64,000 nucleotides of DNA from a virus: IMG/VR virus record IMGVR_UViG_3300044984_001421, positions 21,368-85,367 of that record. The stretch is one strand, 5' to 3'. Shown one piece after another: positions 45,392 through 54,301 of the stretch; within the stretch, counting starts at the first letter, position 1; the number at the start of each line of letters is the position of its first letter. The notes beneath the pieces were generated by a model. It saw only the letters and a list, made by a program, of their open reading frames with translations. It searched no databases and was not told the origin of the DNA. Position numbers and translations under genes: made by a program.

Positions 45392-46234
45392 TTATGCGCT
45401 CGCGGTCAATCGTCCGCCGCTACTGGTGATGTTGCTCACCGCGAGGGAGGTGAGAACGGGGAATGATGATCCGAAGGAATAGATGACTTGCTTCTTATTT
45501 TTATACAGGCCGAATATCTCACCTTTAGTCATCAATCTAGATATTTCTGAATCAGTCAGTGCCCTGTTCCAGTTAGCGGCAAAGTGCACCGCAGAATTGG
45601 ATTCTCCAGATACATTTCTACCAACAATAATCAATCTATTTGCTTCAGATACCTGAATTAAATTAGTCAGTGATCCTGAGGTTGATACGATTGAACCGTT
45701 GTCTGTTCTAGCGTGAATTGAACTACTCGCGCCGTTAAACCGACCGATCACCATCACTACCGTACCGAGCGTATGGGGCGATATAGCGACGGATAAGGCT
45801 GATCCAACGTTATTATAATACAACTGAAATTTAGCATAAGCGACCCCAACATCCGTCCTTGTATGCAAGTGCCAACCTTGGCAATCTATACCGGAAACAT
45901 AATTACCATCATAGAACTGAGAACCTATTGCCGTAGCACTGCTACTCATGATTGTGGCAATAGACATCACCGTGAATGGTTGCCCCGCTGCATATCTTGA
46001 TTTTGCTAATTTTGTCTTATCTATTGTTTGAGCGACACCATTTCCATAGTAGGCATCTTTTTTGAAACTTGGTTGGTCAAAGTTTGCAGCTGAATATAAC
46101 GCTGCGTTATTGACAATCTCATGTGTACCGTTGAAAAGGTGTTGTAACCCCTTCGTAAGTGAATTGTTCCAATTTACGCCAACAGCCGATTGCGGCTGCT
46201 GCGTAAACCTCCGAGGCAGGATTATCGAAGCCAC
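45392..46234 (-). CDS. LamG/concanavalin-A-like lectin-domain protein (AT-rich core)
   Basis: FTV...W...IIVGR...ANWNRALTDSEI LamG-type ending; GTG start. Confidence 0.65.
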   Translation of the reverse strand: MASIILPRRFTQQPQSAVGVNWNNSLTKGLQHLFNGTHEIVNNAALYSAANFDQPSFKKDAYYGNGVAQTIDKTKLAKSRYAAGQPFTVMSIATIMSSSATAIGSQFYDGNYVSGIDCQGWHLHTRTDVGVAYAKFQLYYNNVGSALSVAISPHTLGTVVMVIGRFNGASSSIHARTDNGSIVSTSGSLTNLIQVSEANRLIIVGRNVSGESNSAVHFAANWNRALTDSEISRLMTKGEIFGLYKNKKQVIYSFGSSFPVLTSLAVSNITSSGGRLTASA

Positions 46235-46237
46235 GAT

Positions 46238-46675
46238 TTAGGCCGAGTTCGCCGAGATATTGGCTTGGTAGACGTTGCCAGAAGTCAACGCTACACCAAG
46301 ATCATTTTTAACCACCAGTTTCAGGTATCGCGCAGTCGGCAATCCTGAGATCGAGAAAAACTTGCGGTGGGTGTTGGTGTCGTTCATCGGCAACACACCA
46401 AGAAAATGCAAATCAGATTCTTCCGTTGCCGTGGTTCCGCTTTCCGGACCTGAACCGTAATTGCTGTTATCAAGGCTGAACTTGCAGAACAGCACCAGTT
46501 GTTTGTTGCCTGATGGCGTTCCGTTGGCGTCAGCCTCCACCTCGAAGGTGACATCAATCGGAATGGCTGCGCCAAGGTCAATGGCGGAAGACATGACGTA
46601 AGTCGCACTTGCCAGCGTGCCAAGATTGAGAACTGATGCGCTGCGCGTACCTTGCGCTAGGGTGGTTGTGGTCAT
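46238..46675 (-). CDS. Hypothetical structural protein
   Basis: Beta-rich; RYLKLVVKN.LGVAL. Confidence 0.6.
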   Translation of the reverse strand: MTTTTLAQGTRSASVLNLGTLASATYVMSSAIDLGAAIPIDVTFEVEADANGTPSGNKQLVLFCKFSLDNSNYGSGPESGTTATEESDLHFLGVLPMNDTNTHRKFFSISGLPTARYLKLVVKNDLGVALTSGNVYQANISANSA

Positions 46676-46678
46676 GGT

Positions 46679-47125
46679 TTATCCCCTTGTCGATTGCGCG
46701 ATTTGTTCGATGGTCACGCTGCCGAGTCCTGCTTGTTCCGCCCGCGAAATCAGCGTATCGGCCAGGCTCAGAATCACCAGCTTGTTCGTTTCAGTGAAAT
46801 CCGGGATCAGTTCTTCAGCGACCAGACCATCCAGAACTTGCGTGAACTTGCCCAGGATCATCGGATTGCTCAGGTCGAAGATCGGGAATACTTCGAGCGC
46901 ACGTTTAGCTGCAACGCAAGCAGGCTGCTGGCTGGCTTCGATAGCTATCAGGAGGTCCACCAACATCAGATACTGGCGAATGTCATGACTTGCGACTTTG
47001 CCTTTTGCTGGAATGTCTTTGCGGTTGAGGATTGCCGCAACTACGCCGTCTGCTCCGACGGCGATGTGCGGAGCGAGTTCTTCGGCCAGCGGGCCGGAGG
47101 TGAGTTCTTCAAGTAGTGTGGTCAT
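46679..47125 (-). CDS. Hypothetical protein
   Basis: DGVVAAILN...ISRAEQAGLG.VT. Confidence 0.6.
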   Translation of the reverse strand: MTTLLEELTSGPLAEELAPHIAVGADGVVAAILNRKDIPAKGKVASHDIRQYLMLVDLLIAIEASQQPACVAAKRALEVFPIFDLSNPMILGKFTQVLDGLVAEELIPDFTETNKLVILSLADTLISRAEQAGLGSVTIEQIAQSTRG

Positions 47126-47127
47126 GA

Positions 47128-47550
47128 TTATGCGAACCGAACCAAGCCGGTCGTGCTGTCGTTGGTAGGCATCGTCAGCGTGAAGTTACCCGCCGTGATG
47201 GTCTGGCTACCGAAGGTGAACACGCCGATGGAGCGATCCGAGTCAGTGGTGGAGTAGATCATCACGGCATCGAACGCGGTTGCCAAGGTGACGGTGGTCC
47301 AGGCGATAGACGCCGAAGGAGTCCAGTAAGCTGTAGTGCCAGTCAAGCCGGCACTGTTCGCATTGGTGACGGACGCGCCGGTTGCGGTGTAGCCAGTACC
47401 GGAGACTTCGCCAGTGGCGGTGTACGCCGCGTTGGTCGGGCCAGTGGTTGCCGAGGCCAGATACAGCGAGCCTTTGAGGGTCTTGCCGTTGACGATGGCT
47501 GCGAGAGCTGCCTGTTTGGCAGCGCCGGTAATGCCTTGTGAATTCGCCAT
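47128..47550 (-). CDS. Small structural (decoration or fibre) protein
   Basis: GEVSGTGYTATG...W...IY...FG...GNFTLT; AGGAG RBS. Confidence 0.65.
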   Translation of the reverse strand: MANSQGITGAAKQAALAAIVNGKTLKGSLYLASATTGPTNAAYTATGEVSGTGYTATGASVTNANSAGLTGTTAYWTPSASIAWTTVTLATAFDAVMIYSTTDSDRSIGVFTFGSQTITAGNFTLTMPTNDSTTGLVRFA

Positions 47551-47559
47551 GATGGCTCC

Positions 47560-47760
47560 TTAATTCAAAGATTGGGTGATAGGTTCAGCGGTCAGCCCGC
47601 GCTTGGTCAAAACGTGCGCAGACTCACGCACAACTTCATCACCCAGCGAGTAGGTCTCTACCAACTTGGTGTATTCGTCGGTCACTTCCCAGCGTGTGGC
47701 GTAGGCCAAGTCGCTGATCGGGAGGTTTCCTTTGGTGGTGTAGATCATCGGTGTCGACAT
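47560..47760 (-). CDS. Hypothetical protein
   Basis: IYTTKGN...GDEVVRESAHV. Confidence 0.6.
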   Translation of the reverse strand: MSTPMIYTTKGNLPISDLAYATRWEVTDEYTKLVETYSLGDEVVRESAHVLTKRGLTAEPITQSLN

Positions 47761-47783
47761 GGTCAGCCCTTATATGGTCATAG

Positions 47784-48239
47784 TCATTCAAGTGGTTTTG
47801 AAATCAGGTAGAGATGCTGCGGCGTCAGCCAGTGAGAATCATTCATATCAATGATTGGATGCCCCGTTTCCTGTGCGGCCCATGCAATCAACTCATGGCA
47901 GACCCATTTTTCTTTGTGCTGCCAGTTGCGCCTGAATACCCAGCCGAATAGGTACATCCAGTCATAGGGTTTGCCGATCTGGCTAAACGCAGCCGACCAA
48001 ACAGCCACCGGATCAGGATGCGGAATCATTCTGAAATCCCAATCGCCGCGCGCTATGTAGGCATCGACCTCGCGCACATAAACACCAGACGGTTCTGCTA
48101 TGCCGGATGACTCGATATAGCGGCGATTCATGCCAGGGTGCATCAGCATGCAGTGCGACCAGCGCCCGCGTGTCAACCACTCGATCATTCGACCAATGAT
48201 CGTGTTTGATCGAGAAAACCCGATGACAAGATGCGTCAT
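47784..48239 (-). CDS. Permuted papain-like (YaeF/YiiX NlpC/P60) enzyme
   Basis: WSHC ... GKPYDW ... KWVCHELIA (His before Cys). Confidence 0.75.
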   Translation of the reverse strand: MTHLVIGFSRSNTIIGRMIEWLTRGRWSHCMLMHPGMNRRYIESSGIAEPSGVYVREVDAYIARGDWDFRMIPHPDPVAVWSAAFSQIGKPYDWMYLFGWVFRRNWQHKEKWVCHELIAWAAQETGHPIIDMNDSHWLTPQHLYLISKPLE

Positions 48240-48682
48240 CAGATTGTCACCCCCATGCTTTTCCCAAGCGCATACACACCGTATCCAATCGCTCCGAGTA
48301 CGGCCGCAATCGGGATGAAGTTATCGCGCACCCATCGCATGACAGCCCAGAATCCCTGAATCTTTGCCCAAGTGTCTGGGAAGTCGGTCATCTTGGTCAT
48401 TGTGTTGGCAATCGTCTCGAGCGACGTATTGATAGATCCGATTGACTCGGTCATCTTGTGGACGTCTGCGCGCAGACCATGAACTTCAATCTTCACAGAT
48501 GTGACTGACTCCTGAATGCGCCCGATATCAAGCTCAAAAGTCTGCTTGCACTTGTCGACACGATGCTCAAGCGCCTCTAGCTTTTCGCATGCCTTGCTTG
48601 AGGCGCGACGATCGGGTCCGCTCCATGTATGAGCGTCTTCGCACGATTCGGATTGTCCTTCTTCCTGCATGGCTTCCCTCAT
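48239..48682 (-). CDS. Coiled-coil protein with a C-terminal transmembrane helix (start may be 48670)
   Basis: Heptad region followed by FIPIAAVLGAIGYGVYAL. Confidence 0.6.
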   Translation of the reverse strand: MREAMQEEGQSESCEDAHTWSGPDRRASSKACEKLEALEHRVDKCKQTFELDIGRIQESVTSVKIEVHGLRADVHKMTESIGSINTSLETIANTMTKMTDFPDTWAKIQGFWAVMRWVRDNFIPIAAVLGAIGYGVYALGKSMGVTI

Positions 48683-49089
48683 GGTGAGACAACACGGTAG
48701 GCGACAGAGCCAATATGAAGCTCTCCACCGGGCTGCACCGTGAGTGATTCGTTGATATTCAAATTTCCTTCGTCGCCACCGGTCAGTCCGACAGTTCCAT
48801 CAAAAACAGAATCTCCGGAAACGGTTGACGCGCGGAACCAGACAGCATCTTTGCCGCCTGATGTGTTTGTATCCGGAGTCAACGGGAGCGATAGAATCAC
48901 ACCGTTGACAGCAGGATTGAATGCCGGTAATCCGAACCGAAGCGTTGCGAGCGGAATGTCCGCCGGCGCTATGTCGCAAGATGCTGGCTTCGCATCCCCG
49001 TAGACGTGCAGATACCCGTCATCAAGACTTGAACCAACAGCATCCGCCTGCAGATTGACGGCGAACGTCGAAACCTTCGTCTCACGCAT
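48679..49089 (-). CDS. Hypothetical structural protein
   Basis: L..Y...PA...LA...A.WFR....FDGTVG pattern. Confidence 0.6.
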   Translation of the reverse strand: MRETKVSTFAVNLQADAVGSSLDDGYLHVYGDAKPASCDIAPADIPLATLRFGLPAFNPAVNGVILSLPLTPDTNTSGGKDAVWFRASTVSGDSVFDGTVGLTGGDEGNLNINESLTVQPGGELHIGSVAYRVVSP

Positions 49090-51529
49090 CGCTCACCTCA
49101 ACACTCATCGAACCGTCAGGATTGCGGCGAACGGTCTGGCTGCGCGGCTTCTGTTCCGGCATCTGCAGCGTCAGGTTTATTTCCATCGGCTTGCGCTCTT
49201 CTGCGAGCATGGCGGTCAGCGCCTTGGTCATGTCGTCCGGTTTGCTGGCTGCATCCGCGACAGCATCGATGCGAACAGTTTGCTCGGCGAGCGCAGCAGA
49301 AAGTGCATTTGTCTGGTCGGCCATTGCCTTCTGCATGGCATCGACCAGCGGTTGCATGTCCGTTGCTGCAACATTGATCACAGGGGCTGGAGACTCGGCC
49401 GGAAGATAGACGGTTTTCTCAACCACGGTCGGATCTGACTTGACCAGCGGTTTGCCCAGCACAATCTCGCGCTCGTCGGCCATGTCTTCGTCGTCTTCTG
49501 GCATTTCGCCGGAAAGGAAATGGCGCTTGCCGGTCAGCGGGTCTTCGACAACGGAACCAGACTCGCCACGATCAACGACGTGGTACTGACGCTCGGCACG
49601 TTTCTTGTGACCACGGAACGCATCCCAGAGCACGCCGCTAAACTTGCCGTCTCCAGCGTCTACGGTCATCCCATCCTTGCCAATGGCGCGGACACGACCG
49701 GAAGTCACGCCTGATTCTGGGTGACTATAAAACACCTCGTCATCGATTCCGACACCGTACTGGTTCGCTTTTAGGAGGGATTCACCCAATGCGTCTCCAG
49801 ACTTCGCAAGACCAGATTTGTCGTCATCGCCAGCACGATCCCCACCGCTATTGTCAGAACCGACAGAACCACTACCAGCGCCAACAATGCCGCCCTTTCC
49901 CTCATCGTCATCGTTTTCGTCTTTCTGTTCGCTACCGTCCTGCTCTTCTGCACCGTCTTCTCCATCTTCCTTGTAATCTGGGTGTTGCTCTTCGCCGCTT
50001 GTGTCCGGGCCTTGCTCGGCCTGTTGTTGCTGCTGCATGTCGTTCATCCACGCACCGACCAGCGACGGGTTTGCAGGCGCATCGCCCCAAACAGCGTCGC
50101 TCTTTTCGTACCCCTCTTGAGCGCGGATTTCGTTGATCGACAGAATCGCCTTCTTGAGTTCGTGCCGCTTCTCCTGGTCAACCTCGTCAACCCCGGTCCA
50201 GCGGAAAACGTACTTGTCGCCAAAGTCGCCCAGGACGTAATCGGTAAACAGGTTCTCGAAATAGGACAGCAGCGGGCGCAAGCCCTTGTCCTTCGAGTCC
50301 GCCAGGCGCTCTGCGGTATCGGAGCCGGACAGCGCGGACTTGCCTGAACTGAACGATTCGAAGTTGATCTCGTCCGGCGCAATGCCGTAGACGGCGCAGA
50401 TGATCGAAGCCAGGAAGGTCATCCACTTCGAGAAGTACATCTCATTGAATTCGACGCCGAAGTTCTCGAAACTGGCCTTGCTCTCCTGGTCCTTGGAGAT
50501 CATCACCGGGACGGTCCAGGAGTTGTTAACCCCCTTCACCATCGAGTTCCAGTAACGCTTAAACGCCGCCAGGTCATCCGCGCCATAGTTGCCGGTCATG
50601 TGCAGCACGCCGCGCGGGATGGAGTTGTCCGAGAAGCCCCGGATGTTCAAGGTCATGGCGTTCAGGAAGCCGGTGACAACGCGCACCAGAAGCTCGGTCT
50701 CGGACAGGCCATAGCCAGCGGTCAGCACATTCGACTGCGGGTTGCGCGGCTCGTAGACCAGATCGTAGTGCGAGTAGGCAGCCCTGATCTGCCCCTGAAT
50801 AACCTGCAGCGCGTAGATTTTGTCGTCGCCCCGGTAGCCTTCCTCGGAGCACAGGCGGATGGTCGCGCCATCGACCGCGTACAGGCCATCAATGCCGAGA
50901 CTGCGGTCGCGCTTGAATTCCGTCTCAATGGCGCAGGAGTCCATGACCAGCGAGTCGCGCACCGCTTTAGCCATGAAGCTGCTGAACGTATCGCGGCCAA
51001 GGATTTTCCGTTTGCGCGGATTGAACTCCCAGCCGCAGTTAATGAAGAAGCGCTGCAAAAGCTGGACCGATTCGTCCTCGCTCTTGGTCAACTGGTGTGT
51101 CTTGTCGATGTGGTTGATCGTGAAGCCCGGACCGTCGCCAGACTCCTGCACTTTGCAGAAGGCGTTGACCTGGCGGATGCGGGTCAGCATCACCGCACCG
51201 AGAACCGGAGTCTGATCGACCATCGCGCGCAGCATGTCGAACGACATATTGCCAGGACGTTCGATGTAGTCGCCCTGTAAGGTAATTGTAAGGTCGTCAA
51301 TCTTGACCGACTGCATACCCTTCTTGCCGGCGTTCTTCGATGGGAACGGAATGACGTTGGCCTTGAGCATTTGCTGCTCACGCCAGAGATTCGCCACATG
51401 ATCAATCATCGGGCGGATATTGTCGGAATGGACGATATCGGCCCGCGAAATGGAGGCTTTTTGCAATTCCGACTGTGCGTCGTATCGCTCGTCGGCCGGA
51501 GCGCTCTGATCGAATGCTGGTGAAGTCAT
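49082..51529 (-). CDS. Portal protein with a long C-terminal extension
   Basis: DSLVMDSCAIE, LYAVDGATIR, GYGLSETE, IPRGVL, ICAVYGIAPDEIN, SINEIRA motifs; follows the terminase. Confidence 0.88.
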   Translation of the reverse strand: MTSPAFDQSAPADERYDAQSELQKASISRADIVHSDNIRPMIDHVANLWREQQMLKANVIPFPSKNAGKKGMQSVKIDDLTITLQGDYIERPGNMSFDMLRAMVDQTPVLGAVMLTRIRQVNAFCKVQESGDGPGFTINHIDKTHQLTKSEDESVQLLQRFFINCGWEFNPRKRKILGRDTFSSFMAKAVRDSLVMDSCAIETEFKRDRSLGIDGLYAVDGATIRLCSEEGYRGDDKIYALQVIQGQIRAAYSHYDLVYEPRNPQSNVLTAGYGLSETELLVRVVTGFLNAMTLNIRGFSDNSIPRGVLHMTGNYGADDLAAFKRYWNSMVKGVNNSWTVPVMISKDQESKASFENFGVEFNEMYFSKWMTFLASIICAVYGIAPDEINFESFSSGKSALSGSDTAERLADSKDKGLRPLLSYFENLFTDYVLGDFGDKYVFRWTGVDEVDQEKRHELKKAILSINEIRAQEGYEKSDAVWGDAPANPSLVGAWMNDMQQQQQAEQGPDTSGEEQHPDYKEDGEDGAEEQDGSEQKDENDDDEGKGGIVGAGSGSVGSDNSGGDRAGDDDKSGLAKSGDALGESLLKANQYGVGIDDEVFYSHPESGVTSGRVRAIGKDGMTVDAGDGKFSGVLWDAFRGHKKRAERQYHVVDRGESGSVVEDPLTGKRHFLSGEMPEDDEDMADEREIVLGKPLVKSDPTVVEKTVYLPAESPAPVINVAATDMQPLVDAMQKAMADQTNALSAALAEQTVRIDAVADAASKPDDMTKALTAMLAEERKPMEINLTLQMPEQKPRSQTVRRNPDGSMSVEVSDA

Positions 51530-51536
51530 GCGCTAA

Positions 51537-51552
51537 ATGTTGGCGTCACGAC
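51537..51552 (-). promoter_or_regulatory. Putative late promoter for the portal (leaderless or nearly so)
   Basis: GTCGTGACG-CCAACAT-TTAGCGC-ATG. Confidence 0.7.
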
Positions 51553-51703
51553 TGAAGACGATGAAGCCAGCGCGCCACATTCCAAGGCTGGCGCTTGGTT
51601 TAAGGAGTGGTATCCGTCAGTTTTCTCTGCCAGGCACGGAAACCGTCGTCACGCAACCGATGTGGCACGGTATAGCGCAAGTCGATATGAAGCCTGAGAT
51701 GTC

Positions 51704-51719
51704 ATCTTCACGTCACGAC
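51704..51719 (-). promoter_or_regulatory. Putative late promoter overlapping the terminase stop codon
   Basis: GTCGTGACG-TGAAGAT. Confidence 0.5.
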
Positions 51720-54301
51720 GCGCGACGCGCGAAATAATCGCACGCTGGATCGTCTGACTTTACGCGGCATACTCTCTCCGTGCAGTGAAGGTCTGCCTCA
51801 TAATTGCAACCACCGCATGTGTCCGATGTTTCGAGTGAGATCGTCTTTCCGGGCATGCCATTGATGGTCTTCAAGACGCGCCCCTCCTTGATGTTCGGGA
51901 TGAATATCTCAACCTGAGAACTGCCAATCAGTTCCATGAATGCGCGAGACAGACCATCGACCTGATCGTCCCAGGTACCATTCGGGAACATTCGCATCTC
52001 GGAAATCAGCGCGTCGTTCCAGTCGGCCTTTAGCATCATGACGTTCCCGACGTTGATCTGGCTGGCGAACGGCTCTGCCCGCGTGATCTTGCTGCCAGTC
52101 TCCGGAGACGTTTTGACCGTGTAACCGGCCAGCTTGCGCACCAGATACTTGATCTGAGTCACACCAGCCTGTCCAGGGTCTTGTGGAATTGAGATGCGGC
52201 ATGTGTCGCCGTCCCGAGCCGCTGTATTAACCAGCGCAGCATCCCGTTCATCAGGACCAACGCGGATGCGAACCATGTCGCCGATGATCAACCGCCCATC
52301 CGGAAGCAGGCCAAGCTTCGGCCCAGCAGACCAGTCGCCGGTTGTTGTTGAGGCGAAGTCCCAGCCGCGCACCCAATCAATCGGGCCTGCAGGAATTGCC
52401 CCGACGATCTGGATGTTGTCCGGCTTGAAGATGCCACCAGCCAACGGAGACGGGCGCTGCATGTACTGGCCGGCGAACGTGTACGGGTCGGCCATTTCCA
52501 TCTGGCGCAGCATTTCAATCGAGTGCTTCTCGGGCCAAAGCGCCTCGCCAGTTTCAGTGATCGCGGACAGGCATAGATGCTCCCATTCCTCTCCGCTGCC
52601 ACCGTTCAGCAAGAAGCCAGTCATGTCGTTTTCATGCAAGCGCTGCATGATGACGATGATTGGCGTCTCGGGCGAGTTCGTCCGACTGGCAATCGTGTTC
52701 GTGAAGCGGCGGTTGATCCGGTCGCGCATCGTGTCCGAGAAAGCATCATCCGGCTTCAACGGGTCATCAATGATGATCGCGCCTGCAAATCCATCTGCCG
52801 GGCTTCCAGTTCCAACTCGACGCCGGCCCATTCCGCCAGCACCGAAACCGGTAATCGCACCGCCTGCTGCAGTCGCATACAAGCCGCCGCGCGCCTCAGT
52901 AAACCATTTCTTTTTACTGTCCGAGTCTGCGCGCAACGCCATCGGGAAGAACTTCTGATACTCGGCAGACTTGACCAGATCCCGGATCGCGCTCGAATTG
53001 TCCAGAGCCAGGTCGTCCGAATAGGACAGGTGGATAAACTTCGCCGCCGCGTTGTTCGCCAGGCACCAGGCGATGAACATCTTGACGGCAATTTCAGTGT
53101 TGTGCGTCACCACAAGGTCGCGCCCAGCGCAGAATAGGTGGTCCGGAGCTTCAACGGAGAAGCAAACCATTTCACGCGATTCGACCGGAGAAATATCAGC
53201 AACAAACCTGCGCGGGCTGTTGCGCTCACTGCGTCCACGCACAAGGTCCAGCTTGCGCTTGAGTCGAAACGCAACATCCCCGTTTGCCAAAGAGATGGAC
53301 GTTTTATAGGCCCGCCTGCCACATTCCGGCTGGCTCTCGTTGCACCGCCAAGTACCGCCAAGACTATTAATCAAAAAATGGAGATCGTCTGAAAGCCTTT
53401 TACTTGAAAAGCTAACCGACTGCTCTCCATTCTTCTTGTTTACCGTTCCGTCCGTATCGGAGATACCTTGAAGTAGCGCGAGTCGCTGGCGATGGCTTGA
53501 CCGGAAATACACATCAGGTATGTGCTTGTTTTTCAGAACACCAAGATCCAATAGCGCGCGACCGAAACCTTTCCTGATCCCGTAAGTTGTTGCCCGTCCA
53601 GAGGATTGATGCTTGTGAGGTTTCGGTTCGAAGCCAGAAAAACAGTCGATTATTTCCTTGTCCATCGTTGTTATCGCGGCATAGTGCGAATGACCGTCAC
53701 CAAGCCACAACCCAAATAGATACGGGTCAATTGGCAGTGAAATATCGCAATCATTCCCGTCAGCAAGAACGGGAATGCGCCACTTTTTACGACCATCAGC
53801 CTCAAACAGATCTGCAGCCAATTCGTCTGTTTTCTTGATCTGCCATGGAGCCGTCCATGAACGATCTGACGATTTGTCTCGTAACCTGGCAGACCACAAG
53901 TGCTCACCGCAAGCAACAAGCGATGCGCCATCCGAGAATGAAACCTTATAGGCTGGCTTTACCCCTTGCGGATAAACACCAAGCACGGCCGTCCAGCGCC
54001 CATCACTTCCGAGAAGACTTCCACCAACACGCACATCACCAGCACGAACCCATCCTTCTGGTGTCCACATTGGCGTGTCAGAGTCAATTGCCTTCGCGTA
54101 ACGAGGCGGAATGTTGATGATCAACCGCCGCGTCTCTCCGCGCGCCACCCGTACCAGCGCATCGAACAACTGCGCGTGATACGGCTCCAGCATGAAGCTC
54201 TTGTTGTACTGAGCCTTGAAGAAGAAGCGGACGAAGTAATCGAACTCCGTCAACAACCTCACATACTGCAGATCCAGCAGTTCTTGCTCAGAGTGCTGCA
54301 T
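51713..54301 (-). CDS. terL: Terminase large subunit containing an intein (start 54301 or GTG 54313)
   Basis: LIINIPPRYAK|TE Walker A, IIIDDPLK, MQRLHEND, YMQRP, WDFA, FPNGTWDDQVD. Confidence 0.93.
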   Translation of the reverse strand: MQHSEQELLDLQYVRLLTEFDYFVRFFFKAQYNKSFMLEPYHAQLFDALVRVARGETRRLIINIPPRYAKAIDSDTPMWTPEGWVRAGDVRVGGSLLGSDGRWTAVLGVYPQGVKPAYKVSFSDGASLVACGEHLWSARLRDKSSDRSWTAPWQIKKTDELAADLFEADGRKKWRIPVLADGNDCDISLPIDPYLFGLWLGDGHSHYAAITTMDKEIIDCFSGFEPKPHKHQSSGRATTYGIRKGFGRALLDLGVLKNKHIPDVYFRSSHRQRLALLQGISDTDGTVNKKNGEQSVSFSSKRLSDDLHFLINSLGGTWRCNESQPECGRRAYKTSISLANGDVAFRLKRKLDLVRGRSERNSPRRFVADISPVESREMVCFSVEAPDHLFCAGRDLVVTHNTEIAVKMFIAWCLANNAAAKFIHLSYSDDLALDNSSAIRDLVKSAEYQKFFPMALRADSDSKKKWFTEARGGLYATAAGGAITGFGAGGMGRRRVGTGSPADGFAGAIIIDDPLKPDDAFSDTMRDRINRRFTNTIASRTNSPETPIIVIMQRLHENDMTGFLLNGGSGEEWEHLCLSAITETGEALWPEKHSIEMLRQMEMADPYTFAGQYMQRPSPLAGGIFKPDNIQIVGAIPAGPIDWVRGWDFASTTTGDWSAGPKLGLLPDGRLIIGDMVRIRVGPDERDAALVNTAARDGDTCRISIPQDPGQAGVTQIKYLVRKLAGYTVKTSPETGSKITRAEPFASQINVGNVMMLKADWNDALISEMRMFPNGTWDDQVDGLSRAFMELIGSSQVEIFIPNIKEGRVLKTINGMPGKTISLETSDTCGGCNYEADLHCTERVCRVKSDDPACDYFARRAS
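53099..54091 (-). mobile_element. Class 3-type intein (331 aa) with LAGLIDADG endonuclease
   Basis: Starts Ala (K|AIDSDTP), ends VTHN|T; block B HLW, block F VCFSV, block G THN; LFGLWLGDG and LLQGISDTDG. Confidence 0.88.
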
